From NCBI GenBank assembly GCA_002327315.1, contig DCVI01000197.1, positions 30,468-84,716 of the forward strand: a DNA stretch of 54,249 bases, written 5' to 3'. The notes under the pieces were generated by a model, which did no database searches, was not told where the DNA came from, and was given only the letters and a program-made list of their open reading frames with translations. How positions within the stretch are numbered: position 1 is the stretch's first letter; the number at the start of each line of letters is the position of its first letter. A program made the translations under genes and the position numbers. Origin of the DNA: Syntrophaceae bacterium UBA2192. Its GTDB lineage: Bacteria > Desulfobacterota > Syntrophia > Syntrophales > UBA2192. Shown here one piece after another: positions 24,150 to 33,260 of this stretch.

Positions 24150-25276
24150 TTCCCTTCAATAAGCCATACATGACCGGTCGTGAGCTATGGTATATCGCCC
24201 AGGCCCACACCAACAGCCATCTTTCCGGGGACGGAAGTTTCACCAGGAAATGCAATGGGTGGTTGGAAGCGATTACGGGCGCGCACAAGGCGCTTCTCAC
24301 TCATTCATGCACGGCAGCATTAGAGATGGCTGCGCTACTGGCTAATATCCAACCCGGCGACGAAATCATCATGCCATCATACACTTTTGTTTCGACAGCC
24401 AATGCTTTTGTACTGCGAGGGGGTGTGCCGGTTTTTGTCGACGTACGGCCGGATACGCTCAATATCGACGAGACCCTGATTAATGCGGCCATCACGCCGC
24501 GCACCAAGGCAATTGTCCCTGTTCACTACGCAGGAGTGGCCTGCGATATGGATGCCATCATGATCATCGCGAGGCAGCATAATCTCATTGTTATTGAAGA
24601 TGCCGCGCAGGGGATCATGTCAACTTACAAAGGACGGCCGTTGGGGTCGATTGGACAGCTAGGCGCGTATTCATTCCATGAGACCAAGAACATCATTGCG
24701 GGCGAGGGCGGGGCACTCCTGGTCAACGATGCATGCTTTGCAGAACGGGCCGAAGTTATCCGAGAAAAGGGCACCAACCGCAACCTCTTTTTCCGCGGCC
24801 ATGTGGACAAGTATACATGGGTCGATATCGGCTCTTCCTACCTGACCGGCGAAGTCGTTGCAGCGTTCTTGTGGGCACAAATGGAGGAAGCCGAGGCGAT
24901 CACGGAAAAGCGGTTGGCAATCTGGGAATTTTACCATGCGGCGCTCGCGCCGCTGGAGACTGCCGGTGTGCTGCGCCGGCCCATCATTCCCGACAGCTGC
25001 CAGCATAACGCGCATATGTACTACATCTTGCTCGAATCCTTGGAGAAGCGGTCCGAGTTGATCGCACGATTGAAAGAACAGGGCATTAATGCGGTTTTTC
25101 ACTATGTACCGTTACACAGTTCGCCGGCCGGAAGGCGACATGGCCGAGCATTTGGAACGATGATTCATACCGAATCTGTATCGGATCGGTTACTGAGACT
25201 GCCCTTCTGGGTGGGGTTGAGTGAGACGGATATCATGCAGACGGTTGGTGCAATAGAACGCTTGCTATGCCCATAG
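24146..25276 (+). CDS. DegT-family aminotransferase, WecE/RffA-like (dTDP-4-keto-6-deoxyhexose 4-aminotransferase type)
   Basis: MIPFNKPYMTGRELWYIAQAHTNSHLSGDGSFTRKCNGWLE...LLTHSCTAALEMAALL...IIMPSYTFVSTANAF. ATGA overlaps the upstream stop codon. Confidence 0.85.
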   Translation: MIPFNKPYMTGRELWYIAQAHTNSHLSGDGSFTRKCNGWLEAITGAHKALLTHSCTAALEMAALLANIQPGDEIIMPSYTFVSTANAFVLRGGVPVFVDVRPDTLNIDETLINAAITPRTKAIVPVHYAGVACDMDAIMIIARQHNLIVIEDAAQGIMSTYKGRPLGSIGQLGAYSFHETKNIIAGEGGALLVNDACFAERAEVIREKGTNRNLFFRGHVDKYTWVDIGSSYLTGEVVAAFLWAQMEEAEAITEKRLAIWEFYHAALAPLETAGVLRRPIIPDSCQHNAHMYYILLESLEKRSELIARLKEQGINAVFHYVPLHSSPAGRRHGRAFGTMIHTESVSDRLLRLPFWVGLSETDIMQTVGAIERLLCP

Positions 25277-25464
25277 ATTAGAAATATTTTGTGTCGGGAA
25301 TTTTTACAGCCGGATTGAAAAGAGGTACTTCTCGGCTTCGTTTCAGAAAACGCAAAACCAATCCAAAACGCCATCTTAATTACAATTGGGCATAGTCCGA
25401 GCAAGAGCCCGCTATTCATCCGTCTAATCAGCGCGGGTAACATTCAATGAGGAACTGACCGACA

Positions 25465-27324
25465 ATGTGCGGCATAGCGGGATATTTTGGGTCAAGGGGC
25501 CTTTCCCAGTCCCAGATTCGGAGAGCATTGAACTGCCTTCGTCCACGTGGGCCCGACATGGAGGGCGCGGTGGGCTGGGATTCCCTCGGCCATTTCGTTG
25601 ACACGGAAAAGGGTCTGTCAGATAGCCCGATGCCCTTCACGCGTGTATTGATTCACACACGCCTTTCAATCTTTGATTTATCGATGGCCGGCCGCCAACC
25701 GATGTCGGATCGCAATGGCAATTGGATCACCTACAACGGTGAAATATATAATTATAGAGAATTACGCACCGAACTTGAGTCGCTCGGATGCCATTTCCGC
25801 TCTGCAACGGATACAGAGGTCATCCTGGCCGCTTTCGAGAAGTGGGGGTCCAGTTGCGTGAATCGATTCAATGGCATGTGGGCGTTTGTGATTTACAGCC
25901 ACTCATCGAGACTGGCCTTCTGCAGCCGGGACCGGCTTGGGGTCAAACCATTCTATTACACAAGAACCGACGATGGCGGTTTTTCCTTCTCTTCAGAGAT
26001 CCCTTCCTTGTTAGAGCTTTTGCAACGCCCTGCCCGTATCGATCCCGTCAAGCTGGCCGATTATTTCATTTACGGCAGGACCGACGATACAAGGGAGACG
26101 ATGTATTCAGGCGTTCGAGAACTGCGCGGCGGACACAACGGATTCTTGAATATCGACACAATGGAGTGGCAGGAAGAGCGATATTGGGATCTGCCTGAAG
26201 AACCTGATCTAAACTTAAGCGACGGGGCTGCCTTGGATCGGTTCTCGGCTATTTTCGAAGACGCTGTAAAATTGCGGCTCCATGCCGATGTACCGTTGGC
26301 GCTCACGGTTTCGGGAGGCATCGATTCGTCCGTGGTGGCGGTGGCAGCCGCTCAGTCAGGCCTTCGCCCAACATTGTTTACCTCTCATTTTCCAGCATTC
26401 CCCGCCATCGATGAATCCGACTATGCCAAGCGTGTAGCAAGGCACCTGGACCTCCCACATATCCTGGTTGCACCTGACCTGTCGAATCTGCTTGAAGACG
26501 CGGGCGAATTGTCGAGAGCGCAAGCCGTTCCGTACGGATCACTGTCCCTTTATGTGCATTGGGCGATCCTGAAAGAGATCCGAAAGCAATCCATACCCAT
26601 CGTCTTGAGTGGCCAGGGCGGCGATGAGGTCTTCTTCGGATATGAGAGATATTACGTGGCACACTGGCGATCACTCTTCCCGCGTATCCCGGCGATGCTC
26701 GCTGCATGGAAAGGGATGGCACAACGATCCCGCCTTGGATCGCTGGAATCCATATTGTTTCTTGTGTATTTCGGGCTGCCCGGCTTGCAATGGCTGCGAC
26801 GGCGTTATCAGGTTTCGAAAGCGGTGTCAAAGGATCTTCTCTCTCGTGCCTCTTCCATGCCTGATCGATTGCCCTCGGGGAGGCGGGACTTGCAGCGACA
26901 GGAATTGCAATTTGTCAACCTGCCTCGCCTCCTGCGATACGATGATCGCACTGCCGGCGCTCAAGGCATGGAAACCCGACTGCCATTTCTGGATTACCGA
27001 CTGGTCGAATTCGCCCATAGACTGCCATGGCACATGTTCTTCCGCGACGGATGGACGAAGTACCTGTTGCGCGGCTATCTAGCTCGGCACGGATTGAACG
27101 AAATTGCGTGGCGGACTCATAAACTGGGCTTTGATGCTCCGACCGAGAAGTGGACCGAGGGGCTACTAGCGAATAACTGGAAGGAGTATGGACAGACTGA
27201 TTTTGCACGGGATATTCTTAAACCTGGGAAAAACCCTGTTCAGTGGCCTGCCCAGGTGAGATGGGATGTCTATAATGGTTGTGAAATGGCTTGGCTTTAT
27301 AATTGGCAACTTACAGGATCCTGA
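25465..27324 (+). CDS. Asparagine synthase (glutamine-hydrolysing)-family amidotransferase
   Basis: It begins MCGIAGYFG (Ntn Cys2) and contains SGGIDSSVVA (PP-loop). It is 619 aa. Confidence 0.9.
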   Translation: MCGIAGYFGSRGLSQSQIRRALNCLRPRGPDMEGAVGWDSLGHFVDTEKGLSDSPMPFTRVLIHTRLSIFDLSMAGRQPMSDRNGNWITYNGEIYNYRELRTELESLGCHFRSATDTEVILAAFEKWGSSCVNRFNGMWAFVIYSHSSRLAFCSRDRLGVKPFYYTRTDDGGFSFSSEIPSLLELLQRPARIDPVKLADYFIYGRTDDTRETMYSGVRELRGGHNGFLNIDTMEWQEERYWDLPEEPDLNLSDGAALDRFSAIFEDAVKLRLHADVPLALTVSGGIDSSVVAVAAAQSGLRPTLFTSHFPAFPAIDESDYAKRVARHLDLPHILVAPDLSNLLEDAGELSRAQAVPYGSLSLYVHWAILKEIRKQSIPIVLSGQGGDEVFFGYERYYVAHWRSLFPRIPAMLAAWKGMAQRSRLGSLESILFLVYFGLPGLQWLRRRYQVSKAVSKDLLSRASSMPDRLPSGRRDLQRQELQFVNLPRLLRYDDRTAGAQGMETRLPFLDYRLVEFAHRLPWHMFFRDGWTKYLLRGYLARHGLNEIAWRTHKLGFDAPTEKWTEGLLANNWKEYGQTDFARDILKPGKNPVQWPAQVRWDVYNGCEMAWLYNWQLTGS

Positions 27325-27363
27325 TCCTAGGCAGGACCCCTACCATTTGTTGAACTTTGCACG

Positions 27364-28797
27364 ATGTCTAATGAGATGATGAGTTTGCTTATTATTGTGT
27401 ATTTCTTGTGGGCAATAACAGTTGTCCTTTTATTGGTTCGCTCACCTTGGCTATTTCTGCGTCCATCCGTATGGATTTCAATCTCTTTTGGAATCATAAT
27501 ATCAGCAGCGGCCGTATTTCTTCCCGATCAATACAACCATCCCGGTTGTCCAACACTTAGTGCACTTAGAGACATCGACTTTGTGCGTCTAACAACCGTA
27601 GCATTTCCTCTCATCCTTTTAATCTTCACAGTATTAACTCCTGCAATTTCTCAACAATACAAAGTACTTTTTCTCAGAATATACCCGTACAACAATGCGA
27701 TCTCCAATCCCCCAAAGGCGCAGCCACTTGATTTCCGCATTGCTCTTATCATGGCCGTAACGTGCGCTATTATTATTTTTGCATATCTAGTAACTGTGCC
27801 ATACACACAAACCGGATTGTATGCTGTATTCTTCAATCCGTCAGACATAGAATTAGCACGGGAAGAATCATTAAAACTTCTCGACAATATTGTGATAAAG
27901 TATAGTTTCTCTTATATGATATCTATCTTTGGCCCACTAACTTGCGCTCTCATGGTCCAAGTCATTCAGTGGAATAAATTAGCACTCAAGCAATTCGCGG
28001 CTGGTATCGCAATACTTATTGTTGTAATCGGCGTAATGCTTCCGGGAGAGCGCTCAGCTGCAGCACTATGTATATTATCCGCAGGAATTTCGTATCTCTT
28101 TAAGGTTGGCCTAAGAAAAGGTTGGCGTACAATAACGATTGCTACACTGGGAGGGACCGCCCTTGTATTCATACTAACCTACTTGAGATTCGATGATGGG
28201 GAAATCTCCATCAATACAGCAATGGCCGTACTTGAAATTGTGGCCATTCGGATTTTTACCGTTCCATTTGCGACTGGCATATATTCACTACAATATGCAC
28301 AAGATTTTGGTCTTACGGGAATGTCCACCATTCGACCACTTGCTTTTGTAACTGGCGTCGATTTCTTGAATCTGCCAAATGAGGTTATGCTGAGCACGAT
28401 GAGCGGCATAACAGAAGCAGGAAAATCAGGATATATGAATACGTCGTTCTTTTTTGATTTCCAAGCGGCTTTTGGATTTCTTGCAGGACTAATGATTGCC
28501 GCTATTTGTACATTTCTGCTAGATTTTGCGATTGTTTTTTGGGCCAAGCTGCGAGGACGTATCCTAAAGGCGTTATATGCCGTGTACTTAATTCAAATGC
28601 TGTCGTTGTTATCATCTGCCTATTTATCCTCCATGAATACTCACGGTATTATATGGTCATCCTTTATCGCTGCAGGCATAGGTTCTTTCACTACCCATCA
28701 GCTGCGCAAGGAAAAGCTAATTTACTTACTAGAGAAGCGTGGACCCAATCATAATGATGCTCACCCCACTGTACCTTCATTAGCTAATGGCAAATGA
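27364..28797 (+). CDS. Polytopic membrane protein; Wzy-type O-unit polymerase candidate
   Basis: 477 aa, more than 10 TM helices, AT-rich, with no recognisable catalytic soluble domain. It sits in a wzx/wzz-containing cluster. The function is inferred from context only. Confidence 0.45.
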   Translation: MSNEMMSLLIIVYFLWAITVVLLLVRSPWLFLRPSVWISISFGIIISAAAVFLPDQYNHPGCPTLSALRDIDFVRLTTVAFPLILLIFTVLTPAISQQYKVLFLRIYPYNNAISNPPKAQPLDFRIALIMAVTCAIIIFAYLVTVPYTQTGLYAVFFNPSDIELAREESLKLLDNIVIKYSFSYMISIFGPLTCALMVQVIQWNKLALKQFAAGIAILIVVIGVMLPGERSAAALCILSAGISYLFKVGLRKGWRTITIATLGGTALVFILTYLRFDDGEISINTAMAVLEIVAIRIFTVPFATGIYSLQYAQDFGLTGMSTIRPLAFVTGVDFLNLPNEVMLSTMSGITEAGKSGYMNTSFFFDFQAAFGFLAGLMIAAICTFLLDFAIVFWAKLRGRILKALYAVYLIQMLSLLSSAYLSSMNTHGIIWSSFIAAGIGSFTTHQLRKEKLIYLLEKRGPNHNDAHPTVPSLANGK

Positions 28798-28857
28798 GGC
28801 AAATCTTGATGTTTTTGAGCAAGGTTCTCGGTCTTTGTTGACAGAATTGGTTTCTTG

Positions 28858-28876
28858 ATATTGTTAGCAACAATAT
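28858..28876. promoter_or_regulatory. Perfect 19-bp palindrome upstream of the acetyltransferase gene (possible operator)
   Basis: ATATTGTT-agc-AACAATAT at 28858-28876. It lies 27 nt upstream of the ATG at 28904 and just downstream of a TTGACA at 28840-28845. Confidence 0.3.
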
Positions 28877-28903
28877 GAGCACGGGCCCTCTAACAATAAT
28901 TGA

Positions 28904-29518
28904 ATGATGAACCCTCTATACCTTTGGGCAAAGCTTATAAAAAAAATCCGCGGCAGTGCAATCATCGATAGCCGCATTGACAAGTCATCCAAGATAGAAG
29001 CCGGTTCTACAATTGTCAATTCCACCTTCGATCGGCATTCATTCTGCGGGTACGATTGCATGATCATTAATTGCACTGTCGGCGCCTTTTGCTCCATTGC
29101 AAACGGAGTGGTCATTGGCGGCGCAAGACATCCGATGGAATATGCCTCGACATCACCTGTGTTTCTTTCACACAAAGACAGCGTGAAAATGAAATATGCA
29201 CGCCATGACTATTCATTGAAGCTCAGGACTGTAGTCGACAGCGATGTGTGGATAGGGGAGGTGGCACTGATCAAAGCCGGTGTGCATATTGGGGTTGGCG
29301 CTGTCATCGGCATGGGCAGCGTTGTCACGAGGGACGTGGAGCCCTACTCCGTTGTCGCCGGCAACCCCGCGCGCACCATACGGAAGCGGTTCGATGACAA
29401 AACCATCAAGGCATTGCTCGAGCTTAAGTGGTGGACGCTGCCGGATTCCAAACTTAAGGAAATCGCTGTCTATTTCAATGATGTGCCGAAGCTTCTGGAG
29501 CGAGTAAGGCCGAAATGA
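28904..29518 (+). CDS. Hexapeptide-repeat acetyltransferase (CatB/xenobiotic acetyltransferase-like)
   Basis: [27 protein letters not shown]...[49 protein letters not shown]. Confidence 0.85.
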   Translation: MMNPLYLWAKLIKKIRGSAIIDSRIDKSSKIEAGSTIVNSTFDRHSFCGYDCMIINCTVGAFCSIANGVVIGGARHPMEYASTSPVFLSHKDSVKMKYARHDYSLKLRTVVDSDVWIGEVALIKAGVHIGVGAVIGMGSVVTRDVEPYSVVAGNPARTIRKRFDDKTIKALLELKWWTLPDSKLKEIAVYFNDVPKLLERVRPK

Positions 29519-30660
29519 AAATATCTCATCTATGTCTCTCATGTTTTTATATAGACAATTTCTCCTACCAGGAGAACATCCTGCCTCGGCAAAACAAACA
29601 GGATGGTCACGAGGTGCAAATCATCGCATCGACGGAAACATACACGAGCGACAGCAGGCTTGGTTACCTTTCTCCGGGGCGATACAACAACGAGGATGGG
29701 ATACCGGTCGTTCGATTGGGATACAGGAAATTCCTTCCCCACGGCATTATGAAAAAACTGAGGATGCATCACGGGGTCCTTGAACTGCTGGAGGAGTTCG
29801 GCCCCGACGTGATACTTTTTCATGGTCTGTGCGGGTGGGAGCTGTTATCCGTCGCCGACTATAAAAAGAGGCACCCCCAGGTCAGGGTCTATGCCGACAG
29901 CCATGAGGACGCTAACAACAGCGCAAGGAATGTCCTCTCGAGAACAGTACTCCATAAGATTTATTATCGCACCATACTGAATCTCGCCCTGCCCTACATC
30001 CGCAAAATCTTGTGTGTTTCACTCGATACGATGGATTTCGTAAAAAACACCTATGGCATCCCTGAATCCGTCATGGATTTTTTTCCACTCGGAGGCATCA
30101 TTGATTCTGACGAGGAATACAATAAAAAACGTACCGACATCCGGAATTCGCTTGGACTGTCAGATCAACACATCCTAATAGTGCAGGCCGGCAAAATGGG
30201 GACGAAAAAGAAAATCCTCGAAAGTCTTCGTGCATTCCAGACGAATAAGCGTGACAATCTGCGCCTGCTGCTAATCGGAAGTTTTGATGACAGGATCCGA
30301 GACGAGGCTCAGTCACTCGTGGCTGCAAGCGAGAACGCATCCTATCTGGGATGGAAGGAATCCCGTGAACTTATGGACTACCTCTGTGCCGCAGATGTCT
30401 ACTTGCAGCCGGGTTCTCAGTCAGCGATCATGCAAAACGCGATCTGCCACCGATGCGCTGTAATACTGGATGATGTTCCAAGTCACAAGCCCTTTGTACA
30501 AGGCAATGGATGGCTTCTTAATTCCAATATGATCTTAAGCCACGTAATGGACAGTATTTCGCGCAATCCGCTTCAACTGAAACAGATGTCTGAAACGTCA
30601 CTGGCGATTGCAAGGAAGCTGCTTGATTACAAAAAGCTGGCCGCAAGGCTATACGAGTGA
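29515..30660 (+). CDS. GT4 (GT-B fold) glycosyltransferase
   Basis: 381 aa. [24 protein letters not shown]... is a GT4 N-domain, and the C-terminal half has the GT-B pattern. ATGA overlaps the upstream stop codon. Confidence 0.75.
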   Translation: MKISHLCLSCFYIDNFSYQENILPRQNKQDGHEVQIIASTETYTSDSRLGYLSPGRYNNEDGIPVVRLGYRKFLPHGIMKKLRMHHGVLELLEEFGPDVILFHGLCGWELLSVADYKKRHPQVRVYADSHEDANNSARNVLSRTVLHKIYYRTILNLALPYIRKILCVSLDTMDFVKNTYGIPESVMDFFPLGGIIDSDEEYNKKRTDIRNSLGLSDQHILIVQAGKMGTKKKILESLRAFQTNKRDNLRLLLIGSFDDRIRDEAQSLVAASENASYLGWKESRELMDYLCAADVYLQPGSQSAIMQNAICHRCAVILDDVPSHKPFVQGNGWLLNSNMILSHVMDSISRNPLQLKQMSETSLAIARKLLDYKKLAARLYE

Positions 30661-30740
30661 TTATTACGGGAGTCTCGGATCAGTTGCTTGCCACGCGATG
30701 CGGCAATGACACCTATAAAATCGCATCAGGAGCCTATTGA

Positions 30741-31874
30741 ATGAGACCGTACCAGATCTGTACCAACTGTGTCATGGATACAACCGACTCAAAAATTTCA
30801 TTCGATGAAAAAGGGGTTTGCGATCATTGCAATGATTTTTATAAAAATGTGAAGCCGAAGTGGCACACGGATGAGCGCGGAAAGGCTGAGCTCAAAGCCA
30901 TTGTCACGAAGATAAAAGAGAGTGGAAAAGGAAAGGATTTCGACTGTCTTTTAGGAATCAGCGGAGGCGTCGACAGCTCCTACATGTTACATGTTACCGT
31001 TAAAGATTTCGGATTGCGTCCGTTGGTTTTTCACGTGGACGGTGGATGGAATTCAGAACTCGCAGTCAACAACATCGAGGTCATGATTGATAAACTTGGC
31101 CTTGATCTCTACACGGAAGTTATTGACTGGGAAGAAATGCGAGATTTTCAACTTGCCTTCATCAAGTCCGGCGTACCGCATATTGACATACCCCAGGATC
31201 ATGCTTTCATTGCAACGCTTTACAATTTTGCCGACAAATACAATATCAAATATATCTTAAACGGCGGCAATATCTCAACCGAGTGCGTGCGAAATCCGAT
31301 GGAATGGCTTTATTATGGGACGGACATGGCGCAGATAAGAGATATTCACCGCAGATTCGGTACCATCCCTTTAAAAAACTATCCTTTAAGCCCAATTCTT
31401 AAGCACAAGTTTTATCTGCGATACATAAAAGGGATAAAAGTAGTAAAACCATTGAATTATTTTCCCTATGTAAAAAAGGAAGCCGTTAAATTGCTGTCGG
31501 AAACATATGGATGGAAAGAGTACCCCCAGAAGCACTTTGAATCGAGGTTCACGAAATTCTATGAAGGATACTGGTTGCCGGTAAAGTTCGGGTACGACAC
31601 GAGAAAAGTGCAGTACTCGAGCCTCATTCTCACTGGCCAAATGTCCCGGGACGAAGCCCTTGAAAAGCTGAAGGTGCCGGCTTATGACACTGACACCATT
31701 GCCGACGAGTTCAAATACATCGCAACCAAGCTGAACATCACGGAAGACGAGCTTCGTTCCTATATGGAAGCGCCAAACAAGACATACAAAGATTATAGAA
31801 ATCAGGAAAGTCTGTTTGTTTTGGGAGCGAATATATTGAAGGCGATTGGCGCCGAAAACGCGATTAAGAGATGA
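30741..31874 (+). CDS. N-acetyl sugar amidotransferase (WbuX/WbpG/PseA family)
   Basis: An N-terminal zinc ribbon (CTNCVMDTTD...FDEKGVCDHCNDF) is followed by a PP-loop (LLGISGGVDSSY). An AGGAGC SD lies upstream. Confidence 0.85.
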   Translation: MRPYQICTNCVMDTTDSKISFDEKGVCDHCNDFYKNVKPKWHTDERGKAELKAIVTKIKESGKGKDFDCLLGISGGVDSSYMLHVTVKDFGLRPLVFHVDGGWNSELAVNNIEVMIDKLGLDLYTEVIDWEEMRDFQLAFIKSGVPHIDIPQDHAFIATLYNFADKYNIKYILNGGNISTECVRNPMEWLYYGTDMAQIRDIHRRFGTIPLKNYPLSPILKHKFYLRYIKGIKVVKPLNYFPYVKKEAVKLLSETYGWKEYPQKHFESRFTKFYEGYWLPVKFGYDTRKVQYSSLILTGQMSRDEALEKLKVPAYDTDTIADEFKYIATKLNITEDELRSYMEAPNKTYKDYRNQESLFVLGANILKAIGAENAIKR

Positions 31875-32485
31875 TTACTATCATTGATTACGGTCTTGGC
31901 AATATCCGGGCATTTGCCAATGTTTACGAAAGACTCAATATCCCTGTATCCATTGCTACAACGGCTGATGGCCTGAAAAACGCAAAAAAAATTATCTTAC
32001 CCGGGGTCGGTGCGTTTGATCATGCAATGAGGAAGTTACATGACTCGGGCATGCGCGAGACCCTTGATCAGTTGGTGCTGGATCGAAAAGTGCCTGTTCT
32101 CGGAATATGCGTGGGTATGCAAATGCTGGCCCGATCAAGCGAGGAGGGCATTCTGCCCGGTCTGGGATGGATTGATAGCATTGTAAAAAAGTTTGACGTC
32201 TCTCATTTGCAGTCGAAAACACAGCTGCCCCACATGGGGTGGAATACAATTCATCCAAACAATCATGATCCCCTACTGGTAAATTTTGACAGCGATTCCC
32301 GTTTCTATTTTCTACACTCCTACTATTTTCATTGCATCAATCAAAGCGACACAATTGCCACGACTGAATATGGCATTAAATTCACCAGTGCCGTAGGGAA
32401 TAAGAATATCTACGGGGTTCAGTTCCATCCTGAAAAAAGCCACCACTGGGGCATTCAACTACTGAAAAACTTCGCGGATCTCTAA
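31871..32485 (+). CDS. hisH: Imidazole glycerol phosphate synthase glutaminase subunit paralogue (HisH/WbuY-like)
   Basis: MITIIDYGLGNIRAFANVYERL..., ILPGVGAFD, GICVGMQML (catalytic Cys) and FHPEKS. ATGA overlaps the upstream stop codon. Confidence 0.9.
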   Translation: MITIIDYGLGNIRAFANVYERLNIPVSIATTADGLKNAKKIILPGVGAFDHAMRKLHDSGMRETLDQLVLDRKVPVLGICVGMQMLARSSEEGILPGLGWIDSIVKKFDVSHLQSKTQLPHMGWNTIHPNNHDPLLVNFDSDSRFYFLHSYYFHCINQSDTIATTEYGIKFTSAVGNKNIYGVQFHPEKSHHWGIQLLKNFADL

Positions 32486-32487
32486 GT

Positions 32488-33255
32488 ATGCTGCGACCAA
32501 GGATTATTCCCTGTCTGCTGGTTAAAAACGGCGGTCTGGTCAAGACCGTCAATTTCGGCCACCCGAAATACGTGGGCGACCCCATCAATGCTGTCAAAAT
32601 ATTCAACGAAAAGGAAGTCGATGAGCTGATTGTGGTGGACATCGATGCTTCCGTTCAGAACAGGGAGCCGGATTACGTCATGATCAAAAACCTGGCCACC
32701 GAATGCAGGATGCCGCTTTGTTATGGCGGCGGTGTAAAGTCTGTGGATCAGGTGGAGAGGATCATAAGCCTGGGTGTCGAGAAGGTCGCCATGAGCTCGG
32801 CCGCCGTCAGCAACCCCGTACTCATATCAATGGCGGCGGAACTTGTTGGGTCGCAGAGTATTGTCGTGGTAATGGATGTGAAAAAGAGAGGCCGCGGTTA
32901 TGAGATCTGGACCCATAACGCAAGCAAGCCAACGGGGCTGGCTCCTGTCGATTTCGCAAAGCAAGTGGAGGCACTCGGCGCAGGAGAGGTGGTAATGAAC
33001 TCCGTCGACCATGATGGAGGCATGAAGGGCTATGATCTCGAACTCGTCAGTGAAGTCCGCGAGGCGATAAGATTGCCGATGACCGTATTGGGCGGCGCCG
33101 GATCACTGAAAGACATAGCGAAGTTAATTCATACTTTCGGCATCATCGGTGCTGCAGCCGGAAGTTTGTTCGTGTTCAAGGGAGTATACAGGGCCGTATT
33201 GATCAATTACCCAAGCCGTGCCGAAAAGGATGCTCTCATCAACAAAGGGCCATAG
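32488..33255 (+). CDS. hisF: Imidazole glycerol phosphate synthase cyclase subunit paralogue (HisF/WbuZ-like)
   Basis: RIIPCLLVKNGGLVKTVNF...YVGDPINAVKIFNEKEVDELIVVDIDAS...GGGV... Confidence 0.9.
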   Translation: MLRPRIIPCLLVKNGGLVKTVNFGHPKYVGDPINAVKIFNEKEVDELIVVDIDASVQNREPDYVMIKNLATECRMPLCYGGGVKSVDQVERIISLGVEKVAMSSAAVSNPVLISMAAELVGSQSIVVVMDVKKRGRGYEIWTHNASKPTGLAPVDFAKQVEALGAGEVVMNSVDHDGGMKGYDLELVSEVREAIRLPMTVLGGAGSLKDIAKLIHTFGIIGAAAGSLFVFKGVYRAVLINYPSRAEKDALINKGP

Positions 33256-33260
33256 GGTCA

